Below, piece by piece: positions 37,352-49,355 of a stretch of 64,000 nt of DNA (position 1 is its first letter; the number at the start of each line of letters is the position of its first letter). The position numbers and the translations under genes were made by a program. Source of the stretch: Neoechinorhynchus agilis (lineage: Eukaryota > Animalia > Acanthocephala); contig CM121341.1 in assembly GCA_051530055.1 (NCBI GenBank), forward strand, positions 17,090,784 to 17,154,783, read 5' to 3'. A model generated the notes under the pieces. It was not told the DNA's origin. It ran no database searches and saw nothing but the letters and a program-made list of their open reading frames with translations.

Positions 37352-38179
37352 AGCTGATTGGACATTCGATGGCCCAAACAGCAGATTTCTAGATGTCTCG
37401 ATTAAATGTACACTTCGTGCACTCATAAATTGTCGATAAGATCAGACTTACTTTTTGTTGCAGTTAAAACTGGAATTTTTTGACATGATTAAAATATTGA
37501 CAAAAATGCTATCCAATTGTTCCTTCGAGTGGATGTGTATTCTCAATGACGATTTGTTACACTCTCGAGCTTTATTATTGAAATCTTCATTGCGAATTTT
37601 CAAGGCCTCAGCCTCCTTCTCAAGCATTGTTTATAAGCTTATAACGCTTGCCATTGAGAATTAACAAAAATATTGCGCATTTTAGATATTAGTCGAAGTT
37701 TATCTACTGTTCATCGCATAGCAGTGTTCGTTGTCAGAATGCTTGGCAAAGTTTACAAAATATTTTGATGTTGATAGATACCTTGTAGATCACCACAACT
37801 CCAACTCTATAATCCAGAAGTATTTTTTTCAGTGATTTTAGATATTCGTTGAAATTCGGAACTGTAAACCTCATTACTACGGTCTTCAAAATAACTATTT
37901 AGCATTTTTTAGTTTTTTTGTGCATTCTCATTTCGATTTGGATGCATTTGTCGAATGGAAGAGTCAATCGTAAAAACGGGAGGAATCTGATTTTGATCGA
38001 CATGTCGATTGTGGTCAATATTCATGCTCTTCGGAACGTATTTCGACGGATCCGTGTAATCAATTTAAGACCTTAATGTGCATATTTTTGATTATTACGC
38101 TAATCCACAACCTATTGTGAATCTCAAAAATTAAACGTCTTTGGTTCAGTTCCTGTACATATTATTTAATCACAGAGAG

Positions 38180-38385
38180 AAAATCCTTCGGGATGATAGT
38201 GATGGAGTTATGATATTCATAATCAATCTCCGTGTGAAACATATTTTATTAAGACTTTTTGAAAGAGAAAGCCTCTTATCATCAGTCATTGTCTGTACAC
38301 ACTTTGAAAAAATTGCAGACAATGACTGATGATGATAGGCTTTCTCTTTCAAAATGTCTTAATCAATTATGTTTTATACGGGGAG
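38180..38385 (-). repeat. Family A palindromic element (diverged)
   Basis: Palindrome 38228-38385 with ACAATGACTGATGA in both arms; AAAATCCTTCGGG at 38180. Confidence 0.75.
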
Positions 38386-40707
38386 GTTGAGATAATGATC
38401 ACCACAACTTAAACGATATTTTAAATTCTGGACACTCACTTTAAGCCAAATCACATTTTTTTGTCCATTCAAAACAGTGGACATTTAAATGCATTTGTAA
38501 AGATGTTATCCATAGATTGTTTCTGGTCAAGGCGAAATAAAGAAAATATAGTTTAATATTTCGTCGCCTGAAAATGTGTTATGTTTTCCTTTGAAATTTT
38601 TTCCATTATGCATCCTTTGTGGTCGTAGCTTTTAATCGAATTCTTTAGTGTGAATTCCTTGCGCCTGATGTTTGCATCGAAAGTACAGAACTCGCACATA
38701 AGCAAGTTCCACAGAGTGCGTTTAGCACCGAACTCCGACGATGAAATGAAACAGACTTTAAAGCTAAATCATCGTCTTTGTTTTTGTGATCCAACGTAAA
38801 GAACTGTTTCCGTTTTAAGAATGCATTTGAGTGTTCAAGCTGCGTAGAGTATTTCCACGAGCGTGATTCATTTTGCACCCATAAAAACCTTAAAATATCG
38901 CACTTTCTGTCCTTTTCTCAGAAAAAAAGAGCTGCGATGTCTTCAGTTTACGAGTCTGTTGTCAAATTCATCAGTGTTCCACAAAGAATGACAATTTTTT
39001 AGGTCGGAATTCACATGCACTCGTTTTGGCTACGAGTTATTTTCAGTTTAATTATGCCACTCAAGAGATCCTTTGAAGCGCAAAGCTTTCATAGAAAATC
39101 GAAGTTGAACACTATAAATCCAATTTAAAAATATTCTAGCAGATATTAGCAATTTCACCCTCCTGAGAAAACGATCGAAATACTCAATGTCGCAGTTTAA
39201 GTAAGTTTGTTTCCGTTGCTTCCCCCCTTATCGGCCATTTGTAATCAGTTAAAACATGAGAAAACTCTAAAATGAAGTCATTGCCTAGCATTCTTTATGA
39301 AGATTCTGCGTAACGAACAACATTCCGCAAAACTTTAATGCATGTGAGTGAAACGAATTAACATTTTCGATCGTCGTCAGCTTCACCAAGATCAGAAATG
39401 CTATTCTAAAAATAGTTGTTTCTAACAAAAAAACAATCTGAATAATACACAGAAAAAATATCCATTTAATTTTATTTGTTACCTTTTTTAGCAAATTAGA
39501 GAAGCAATTTAGTCAACATATCACTTTGACGCTTGTCATCTCTTTTGATACTTTCTTTTAGTGTTTAATAGCATCTAGGCTGTAATGCTGATAGCTGCAA
39601 CTATCTCGCCAAATAATTATTACAATCCACAATGCTTCGAAGTGTATTTAAGTCTAAGAGACTTAAAAAAGTACTTGACAGTTTTACTCTATTTTTTCTT
39701 TCACGAACACAAGTTAAGAAGTGACATTACCTCGAAACATAAGAAAAAGGTTATAACGCTCTGTAAAAATCCCTCGAATTTTACGATTTTTTTTACGAAT
39801 TGCAAAAGTCAAAGAGCACTTAATTCATTCCAAAAGCCTATAATTTCTAACACTCATATTAATTCTTCTCAAAGGTTCGAAAATTTATTACTTCAGAGGT
39901 TTAGGAAATCTCTACATTTTACAAATTTTATTTCCTTTAAAAGAGTCATGCCGAAGTTATCGAAAAACATTCAAAGTTCAAATTATTGTTTGTCATCGTA
40001 ACATTTAAAACGGCTTGTATCATCTACATTTGATGCCCTCTGTATTCCGTTCTTAGTTTGAAAGTGGGATTCGTATTAAAGCCAAAGTAATCGAAATTTA
40101 TCAAAACCATTCGCTTCATTTCTTTGTCGTTTGTGAGAGCAAAGATATTATAAAGAACTTTAAGGTGGGATATTTTGCTTCAATGACTTTACTAATGTCC
40201 AAAAATTAATAAATGTAGTGGAAGATGCACGAAATGTTTTCTTAATTATTAGCAATCCACTTCATTGGTGGCATATCTTAAACATCATCGTCCTGCGTTG
40301 CTCGAGCTCGTATTCGGACAGCTCATATCAGTATACGTCTCTTATTAGCGGATTGTTTACAATGAGTCGAGGGCGAATATCCGGAATCATTATTTTTGGT
40401 AAATATTTTTGGTGAAAAATATCCTTGTAATATTGTATCTAGGTTTCGGATGCTCTAGATTTCTGCGATTTGTCTATAAACATTGCGTTTAGCACTCACA
40501 ATCGTCACCCTACAGAGTGTGCTGTTTTCTTAGTAGTCCCTACGATCCTAGAGCTCCACAACCCCGTTTCCTGTGCCACAAACATAAGTAACACGCAATG
40601 TCAGGCTCACTTGCACCAACGAGATAATCTCACGGTTAACAATGGTTATTTAACGGTATAATTTTAGCTTTATTGATGAAAATAATCACATATTTTTCGC
40701 TGAGTTG

Positions 40708-40745
40708 GACAGCATTCCGATCCGGATAGTTGACGTTCCACTGTA
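40708..40745 (-). mobile_element. Solo pogo/Tigger-type terminal repeat
   Basis: Reverse complement TA-CAGTGGAACGTCAACTATCCGGATCGGAATGCTGTC matches 50460-50513. Confidence 0.7.
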
Positions 40746-40756
40746 TCTAATTTTAG

Positions 40757-42875
40757 ATGTTTCCACCATACAGTTCAGATCTCCTTCCGATTGTAATCAT
40801 TGGATTCGTTGTGGCTTTTATCCTTGCTTTTGGAATCGGAGCTAATGATGTAGCAAACTCCTTCGGTACAAGCGTTGGAGCTCGGGTTTTAACTCATCGC
40901 CAAGCATGTCTGTTGGCTTCAATTTTTGAGATACTTGGTGCAATTCTGATCGGTAAGCATTTGAGTGTAATGTTTAAAGAAAAATTTAGGTTTTAAAAGG
41001 TGGCAAAGTGTCTCAAACTATTCGCCAGGGAATGATAGATCCAGAATTGTTTGATGGGCAAGAAAAACAATATTGTGTCGGACTTGTGTCAACGCTGGGT
41101 GGATGTTGTATATGGCTTTTGGTAGCCACATTTCTGAAACTACCAGTGAGCGGAACTCACAGTATAGTCGGATCAACGATTGGATTCGCTCTTGTGGCTA
41201 AAGGATTTGGAGCTATAAAATGGCTTCATGTTCTTAAGATCGGTGAGATTTAAAGATCTTTTCCAAAATAGTTTCCGCTTATTGTTTAGTTGCATCCTGG
41301 TTCATTTCGCCACTTCTCTGTGGCGCCATTTCAGTCCTAACTTATTTGGCAGTTCGAAGACTGATTTTGAATTCTGAAAATCCATTCGAATCCGGCCTGC
41401 TATACCTCCCATTTTTCTACTCAATCACAATCCTCATCAACGTGTTCTCAGTACTAATGTCCGGTCCATCCTGTGAGTACATTCCTACTCCATTTGTCCC
41501 AATTCCGCAAACTCCTAATAGTTCTATTTATCGACTCATTGAGCATTTGGCTCAAATTGGCTATTGTAGCAGTGGTGGGATTAGCAGCTGCAATATTTGT
41601 TAGATTTGTTGTGGTGCCGAAAATGAGGCAAAAGATCATGAAGGAAGTATCTGGTCAAACTGATAATAGCGATAACCAAGACGAGCAGCACGACGATGAA
41701 GAAAATGAACAGAATATCACAAGCTTAAGTCGATCTTTTCTGAGATCATTTGTTAAAGGTCAGTTGCGTTTCTTCTTTGTGTTTAATGTTCGAATTCTTG
41801 GTAAAAAAAGAACCGTGTCGTGAACCAGTATCAGTAGAATGCCAAGTAGATTACATAACGCTCTTGAGCGAACAGCACTTACCTAATCAACCAACGCAAA
41901 CTTCGCAAAAGGTCCAAAGTGATTCTGCGGTTAGGTTACCAATGCATCAAACGTTAACTTATTCAGAAAGGGCATTGCCTATTAAAGTAGCTCAAAGTAA
42001 GAGTATACGGCGAGGGTATCGAACAACAACGGTTTCGTCCGCACGAGATATTGTTCTCAACTATAGACGAGTAGGTGAGTGCGTTTTTCTTCTTTTCCCA
42101 CTTTTGAGAGGCTTTCGCAACAAAACACAGAATCGGCAGGGGATATCCGTACGGTGATTGAACTTGAGAATCTGAATAAACTGGACAGCATGGATGAAGG
42201 AGCGCTTGAAGAGTATGTTGATGCGGTAGTTTTAGAAACGAAATCAAAAAAGGTAATTCGGTCTAAAGAAAACTCCTATTTTTATCTGAGTAGAAAAGGG
42301 AAGATAACGCAGAAGATCCTAGAGAAGTCCGTCGATTGTTCTCTTTTCTTCAAATTCTAACGGCTATTTTCGGCTCATTCGCACACGGTGGTAACGATGT
42401 GAGCAATGCAATCGGGCCACTCATAGCACTTTGGCTCGTGTACACCGATGGACACGTACGAAACCGTCATACTCCGATATGGGTACTGTTCTTTGGAGGA
42501 GTAGGAATTCTATTTGGTTTATGGATATGGGGAAGACGCGTTATTAAGACAATAGGAGAAGATTTGACGAAAATCACACCTTCGCTTGGATTCGTGATTG
42601 AGATCTCAACGGCATTCACCGTGCTTTTCGCATCTAATTTGTCGATTCCAGTGAGCACAACTCATTGTAAAGTTGGGTCGGTGGTATTCACCGGACGCGT
42701 GAGGTCCAAAAAGGCTGTTGATTGGAGATTGTTTGTTAATATTATTGTTGCGTGGGTGGCGACATTGCCTGTCACAGGAATACTTACAGCCCTACTCACC
42801 AAAATGTTGCAACCTCAAACGCAATTGAACACAACTTTGGAAGCGTTCACAGATACGAATTGGACAACGAAGTGA
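40757..42875 (+). CDS. SLC20A: Type III Na+/phosphate cotransporter (PiT/SLC20), multi-exon
   Basis: [53 protein letters not shown]. Confidence 0.95.
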
Positions 42876-43200
42876 ACTATATAGCAAAACAAAATGTGTA
42901 CTTTTATAAATAAATGTTTGTAGCCCGAAGATTCGGGAATTATGTAGGATTGAAAATGACAAATTCCACTGTTCGAATTGTAGCTCAGTGTGGATTACTG
43001 AACTTCCAAATACAAAAAGCTAAGGTTTTTTGTTGTTATACAGAGTGACAAAAAATAAGGGTCAAGTAGCACAAATTAACGTGTTAACGAACGTTTTGCA
43101 TCGTTTAAGCTCATGCAAAAATCCGCTAAAAAACGATGTCTAAAGCCTTCTAGCGTAAATAACACAAAAAGCTTTAGAGGTTTTACAGCAGATCAACGTG

Positions 43201-44193
43201 TTAGTCAGCACTTGAATCCGCGGTTCCATTGTATTTGTCACGTTTTCGAACCCAGTCGGGTACAGGACTAACAGCACTAACGTTAGCCAGATAAACATGT
43301 TCAAGAGCATCGAAAGCCGTAAAGCGTTTGTAGGGATCAACATGAAGAAGGTTGTAAACGAGATCAAGAGCAAGTGATGGGCAGTGGGTCAATCGATTTT
43401 TTAGAACGATTTTACCTTTCTTTTCCTCCAAGAGGTCAATGTCGAATGATTTAAGATCGATTGGCCAACTACTTGGTCGATTGGATATATCGATAATTCT
43501 GGAGATTTCCCCAATTACGTCTCTTACTGTCGTTCCTTTAAAAAGAGGAACACCTTCAGACAATTCAGCTAACAAGCATCCAACAGACCACATATCGATT
43601 TCAAAACGGTATTGATCACAAGCAAATAACCGTTCGGGAGATTGATATTTGATTGAATCATGGTTAACAAAATGAACGGATTGAGCTGGCATGTGTGCAA
43701 AACGACAAAGACTGAATGAAGATAGTTTTAGTCGGCCATCGTGATAAAAAAGAACATTAGAAGGAGTGAGATCGCAATGAGCATATCCGAATCCATGAAT
43801 ACGAGCAAGACCTTTTAGAATTTGAGCCATAACATTACGAATGAAGACCTTGTTTGGGAGTCGATTCTCTGCTGCATTCGAAGATTCAATGATGTCTTTT
43901 AAAGTCAAAGGAGGATGCTCTGTAATCATATAAGGAATTTCTTTGATTATGTAGACATCGAGAAGCTTTACAAGATATGGATTAGCACAGACGTTCAGCG
44001 CGGCGACTTCTTTAAGAAAAGCGGGAGATAATCCATCGCAAGTGGACGGTGGACAGTATTGAACGGCGCAAGTTTGTTGTCTGGAGTGATCGTAGCCAAG
44101 ATAGATTTTAGCGAACGATCCATTGATAAGAGCGTCGTAAAGCTCAATGCGATATTCAGATAAATCCGGTTTGCAATGAGTATCAGACAACAT
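43201..44193 (-). CDS. Intronless CDK-like pseudokinase
   Basis: CMGC-type fold (HCDLTPSNVL, SPE, DMWSVGCLLAEL..G.PLFKG, DP.KR.TA.DAL.H.Y), but VAVK is AVQ, DFG is SFS and the Gly loop is INGSFA. Confidence 0.8.
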   Translation of the reverse strand: MLSDTHCKPDLSEYRIELYDALINGSFAKIYLGYDHSRQQTCAVQYCPPSTCDGLSPAFLKEVAALNVCANPYLVKLLDVYIIKEIPYMITEHPPLTLKDIIESSNAAENRLPNKVFIRNVMAQILKGLARIHGFGYAHCDLTPSNVLFYHDGRLKLSSFSLCRFAHMPAQSVHFVNHDSIKYQSPERLFACDQYRFEIDMWSVGCLLAELSEGVPLFKGTTVRDVIGEISRIIDISNRPSSWPIDLKSFDIDLLEEKKGKIVLKNRLTHCPSLALDLVYNLLHVDPYKRFTAFDALEHVYLANVSAVSPVPDWVRKRDKYNGTADSSAD

Positions 44194-44328
44194 CTCAAAC
44201 AAGTATTGAACGTCAAAAATTTCAATGCAAAAGAGAAAACATTGTAAGAAACTTACTTTCTATACCCAATTTCCAAGATTCTAGGACAAGAGCCCTTAAA
44301 TTAGCACGCGCTGTTACGGAGTCGTGAA

Positions 44329-47300
44329 ATGCGGATATCACACGCCGACTGCCACATTAGCGGTTATGTGTCAGTGTGCGTTTATAACACCAGCAGCGAA
44401 CGAGCGCACAGTAAATTGAGGTTTGTGGGGAAGGATAACCGCGCGTTCCAAGTGGATTTCTTAGGTCAGAATGGTCAAACCGATTCGGATTGTGTGCCAT
44501 GCAGCAGTACAAGACAAGATTCAAAGAAAAGCCGCAGCTTCGTTAATCCGAATTGGACGGATGGTAAATCGACCAATGAACAACTTGTTTTTATTCGTAG
44601 GACAAGCCACTCATCATTATCAGTTCAAAGTGAGTTAACCAAATATACACGATATTCCGTCCTGTGGATCTCTGAAATTCCCCATTCAAACAAACTATCG
44701 CTGCTTCTCCTTCAAAAATGTGTCCACCATTGAATTTTTCCAGCATTTTTAATTTCTGCTCAATGGAAAGTAGTTGATTAAAAACTTTAGAACTCTTTGG
44801 GTTTTAACTTTTAGCTACAAGAGTATCCAGTTTCTTATTTCAAGTAATCTTTAATCTCTGAAATTCCCCATTCAAACAAACTATCGTTGCTTCTCCTTCA
44901 AAAGTTTATCCACTATTTAATTTTTCTAGCATTTTTAATTTCTGCTCAATGGAAAGTAGTTGATTAAAAACTTTAGAACTCTTTGGGTTTTAACTTTTAG
45001 CTACAAGAGTATCCAGTTTCTTATTTCAAGTAATCTTTAATCTCTGAAATTCCCCATTCAAACAAACTATCGTTGCTTCTCCTTCAAAAGTTTATCCACT
45101 ATTTAATTTTTCTAGCATTTTTAATTTCTGCTCAATGGAAAGTAGTTGATTAAAAACTTTAGAACTCTTTGGGTTTTAACTTTTAGCTACAAGAGTATCC
45201 AGTTTCTTATTTCAAGTAATCTTTAATCTCTGAAATTCCCCATTCAAACAAACTATCGTTGCTTCTCCTTCAAAAGTTTATCCACTATTTAATTTTCTAG
45301 CATTTTTAATTTCTGCTCAATGGAAAGTAGTTGATTAAAAACTTTAGAACTCTTTGGGTTTTAACTTTTAGCTACAAGAGTATCCAGTTTCTTATTTCAA
45401 GTAATCTTTAATCTCTGAAATTCCCCATTCAAACAAACTATCGTTGCTTCTCCTTCAAAAGTTTATCCACTATTTAATTTTTCTAGCATTTTTAATTTCT
45501 GCTCAATGGAAAGTAGTTGATTAAAAACTTTAGAACTCTTTGGGTTTTAACTTTTAGCTACAAGAGTATCCAGTTTCTTATTTCAAGTAATCTTTAATCT
45601 CTGAAATTCCCCATTCAAACAAACTATCGTTGCTTCTCCTTCAAAAGTTTATCCACTATTTAATTTTTCTAGCATTTTTAATTTCTGCTCAATGGAAAGT
45701 AGTTGATTAAAAACTTTAGAACTCTTTGGGTTTTAACTTTTAGCTACAAGAGTATCCAGTTTCTTATTTCAAGTAATCTTTAATCTCTGAAATTCCCCAT
45801 TCAAACAAACTATCGTTGCTTCTCCTTCAAAAGTTTATCCACTATTTAATTTTCTAGCATTTTTAATTTCTGCTCAATGGAAAGTAGTTGATTAAAAACT
45901 TTAGAACTCTTTGGGTTTTAACTTTTAGCTACAAGAGTATCAGTTTCTTATTTCAAGTAATCTTTAATCTCTGAAATTCCCCATTCAAACAAACTATCGT
46001 TGCTTCTCCTTCAAAAGTTTATCCACTATTTAATTTTTCTAGCATTTTTAATTTCTGCTCAATGGAAAGTAGTTGATTAAAAACTTTAGAACTCTTTGGG
46101 TTTTAACTTTTAGCTACAAGAGTATCAGTTTCTTATTTCAAGTAATCTTTAATCTCTGAAATTCCCCATTCAAACAAACTATCGTGCTTCTCCTTCAAAG
46201 TTTATCCACTATTTAATTTTTCTAGCATTTTTAATTTCTGCTCAATGGAAAGTAGTTGATTAAAAACTTTAGAACTCTTTGGGTTTTAACTTTTAGCTAC
46301 AAAGTATAGTTTCTTATTTCAAGTAATCTTTAATCTCTGAAATTCCCCATTCAAACAAACTATCGTTGCTTCTCCTTCAAAAGTTTATCCACTATTTAAT
46401 TTTTCTAGCATTTTTAATTTCTGCTCAATGGAAAGTAGTTGATTAAAAACTTTAGAACTCTTTGGGTTTTAACTTTTAGCTACAAGAGTATCCAGTTTCT
46501 TATTTCAAGTAATCTTTAATCTCTGAAATTCCCCATTCAAACAAACTATCGTTGCTTCTCCTTCAAAAGTTTATCCACTATTTAATTTTCTAGCATTTTT
46601 AATTTCTGCTCAATGGAAAGTAGTTGATTAAAAACTTTAGAACTCTTTGGGTTTTAACTTTTAGCTACAAGAGTATCCAGTTTCTTATTTCAAGTAATCT
46701 TTAATCTCTGAAATTCCCCATTCAAACAAACTATCGTTGCTTCTCCTTCAAAAGTTTATCCACTATTTAATTTTTCTAGCATTTTTAATTTCTGCTCAAT
46801 GGAAAGTAGTTGATTAAAAACTTTAGAACTCTTTGGGTTTTAACTTTTAGCTACAAGAGTATCCAGTTTCTTATTTCAAGTAATCTTTAATCTCTGAAAT
46901 TCCCCATTCAAACAAACTATCGTTGCTTCTCCTTCAAAAGTTTATCCACTATTTAATTTTTCTAGCATTTTTAATTTCTGCTCAATGAAAAGTAGTTGAT
47001 TAAAAACTTAAGAACTCTTTGGGTTTTAACTTTTAGCTACAAGAGTATCCAGTTTCTTATTTCAAGTAATCTTTAATCTCTGAAATTCCCCATTCAAACA
47101 AACTATCGTTGCTTCTCCTTCAAAAGTTTATCCACTATTTAATTTTTCTAGCATTTTTAATTTCTGCTCAATGGAAAGTAATTGATTAAAAACTTTAGAA
47201 CTCTTTGGGTTTTAACTTTTTGTTACAAGAGTATCCAGTTTCTTATTTCAAGTAATCTTTGATCTCTGAAATACCCCATTCAAACAAACTATCGTTGCTT

Positions 47301-49030
47301 CTCTTTCAAAAATGTGTCCACTATTTAATTTTCTAGCATTTTTAATTTCTGCTCAATGGAAAGTAGTTGATTAAAAACTTTAGAACTCTTTGGGTTTTAA
47401 CTTTTTGTTACAAGAGTATCCAGTTTCTTATTTCAAGTAATCTTTAATCTCTGAAATTCCCCATTCAAACAAACTATCGTTGCTTCTCCTTCAAAAATTT
47501 ATCCACCATTTAATTTTTCTAGCATTTTTAATTTCTGCTCAATGAAAAGTAGTTGATTAAAAACTTTAGAACTCTTTGAGTTTTCACTTTTTGTTACTGG
47601 AGTATCCAGTTTCCCATTTTAAGTAATCTTTGATCTTTGAAATACCCCATTCAAACAAATATTCCCTCCTTCTCCTTAAAAAGCTTGCCCACCATTCAAT
47701 TTTTCCTTGTTTTGAATTCCGCTCAATGGACAATATCTTTATCCCAAATTTAAAAATTCTCCGTTTAGGTTAGAGATATTACTCAAATATATAGCTCTCA
47801 TATAAATGAAGGCAAACTTACTGTACAATTCTCGAGCATACATCTTAATATCTCGGAGTCTACTTTTGATGAGCTGAAACAACTTCTTTGTGCAATCAAC
47901 GACATCGTGGCCTCAAGGGCTTCCGACCTTGGTTATCCAGTTTTGGAGCCGGAGAAATACGTTCCAAATCAGAATTGTAAACGTCATGCTACCGATTCGA
48001 TCAGCATCATACCTGCTAAAAAATCTGCGATGTCAATTGCTCTGTCTTATATACAAGATAAGACAAACCAACTTCAAATTCCTGAAATCCTTTCAGCCTC
48101 AAAGTTCTCTCACTTATTAGAAATAACTATCGATGGATCTGATGATTCCATTGAGCTCACTGACTTATCACGTGCCGTGATTGGTTCTAAAACTGTTCAA
48201 AATTTGACTATATCTAATCATTTGCATTTGGTGAGGCTTCCTCTTGTGATAGATTGTCCAAACTTGGTTTCTCTCACCATCACAGATAATCCAAACCTAG
48301 GCGAGATCCCTGGTAGTCTGTTTGTGTCAATCAAATCGAGTCTCGCGTCCCTCGATTTGTCTCATAATGGCATTTGTAGATTGCCTCAGACCTTTTGTCT
48401 GTTATCACGACTGATGGTTGTCAATTTAAGTCAAAAGTTCTTTTGAAAGTAACATTATAAAATTGTACTCTGCCATTACGGGTAACTAATACCTATCCTG
48501 AAAAACGGCGAATTTCTATATTTAAGCATTATGATATAACTACTTTATATACTTCTTTCCTATTCTAAAGAACTCTTGAAGTGAACGACAATCCTTTTCT
48601 TTGTCAACTACCGGGACTTGCATGTAGGCCCTTTATACGCCGTAAATCGCTTACTCTTGATGGATGCTTCATGTATCGAAAAACTAAACTATTCAATAAT
48701 GATATTAGTCGTCCTATTTCTCTTAAAAAAATGGTGATCAAGAATGCATTTGGTTCGGGAAAAGTGATAGATATGATACGACGACTCGTGCAATTTTTGC
48801 CACCCCTTTGCCTGAATTACATCTCGGAGCTATCCTCATGTTATCATTGTTCAAAAATTTGCTTGCCGATAAGAAAAACAGTTGATTCAAATCATGGCAT
48901 GTTCACGCTCAGGGCTTTTTGCGGACCGTATGATGATTTTACACTCAGTAATGCTATTTCTGCTAAATATGAGTTCTTCATTGATGTATGCTCTCAAAGA
49001 TGCTTGGACAATAGATTGATAACATTGTGA
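44329..49030 (+). CDS. LRR1: Leucine-rich repeat protein 1 (LRR1/PPIL5, CRL2 substrate receptor), interrupted by a satellite-filled intron
   Basis: N-terminal segments (RKAAASLIRIGR, TKYTRYS) before the array continue at 47769 as VRDITQIYSSHINEGKLTVQF, compare LRR1 RENIEQFFTKFVDEGKATVRL. LRRs follow, then PISLKKMV (BC-box-like), CYHCSKIC and CSQRC. The exact start and some splice sites are uncertain. Confidence 0.75.
44669..47745. repeat. Satellite array, 186-bp unit, about 16.5 copies
   Basis: TCTCTGAAATTCCCC recurs at 44669, 44855, 45041, 45227, 45412, 45598 and on to 47634. Interior copies are nearly identical; terminal copies are diverged. Confidence 0.98.
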
Positions 49031-49355
49031 ACTCTGCAGGAAATAAATCAGTGCAGGTGTCCCAAATACAGCTATTAGAATATATCGACCTATTCATATT
49101 CCTTATTTACAAAAAAGACATAATTTAAGCCATCGTGGTTCACGTTTTGACTGCTTCAAAATCTTGCTGACGCCTAACGACGGTATCGACCTTAAAAATA
49201 ATCAGTGCGATTTATTGGATTTCTGCGCTTTTCGTTCAAAGCATTATGAGCCATCCATCGAAAAGCAACTATTTTTAGTCTTAAACTCGAACTCTAAATT
49301 ATAGGTCACAGACTAGCAGTCTTCGCGATTGGTAATTCACATTGATAACAAAGCT

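Noticed and set aside
44669-47745. 186-bp unit (62 codons) as a coding repeat
   Set aside because: The ORF track shows no frame of 60 aa or more inside the array, and the flanking LRR1 segments join without it.
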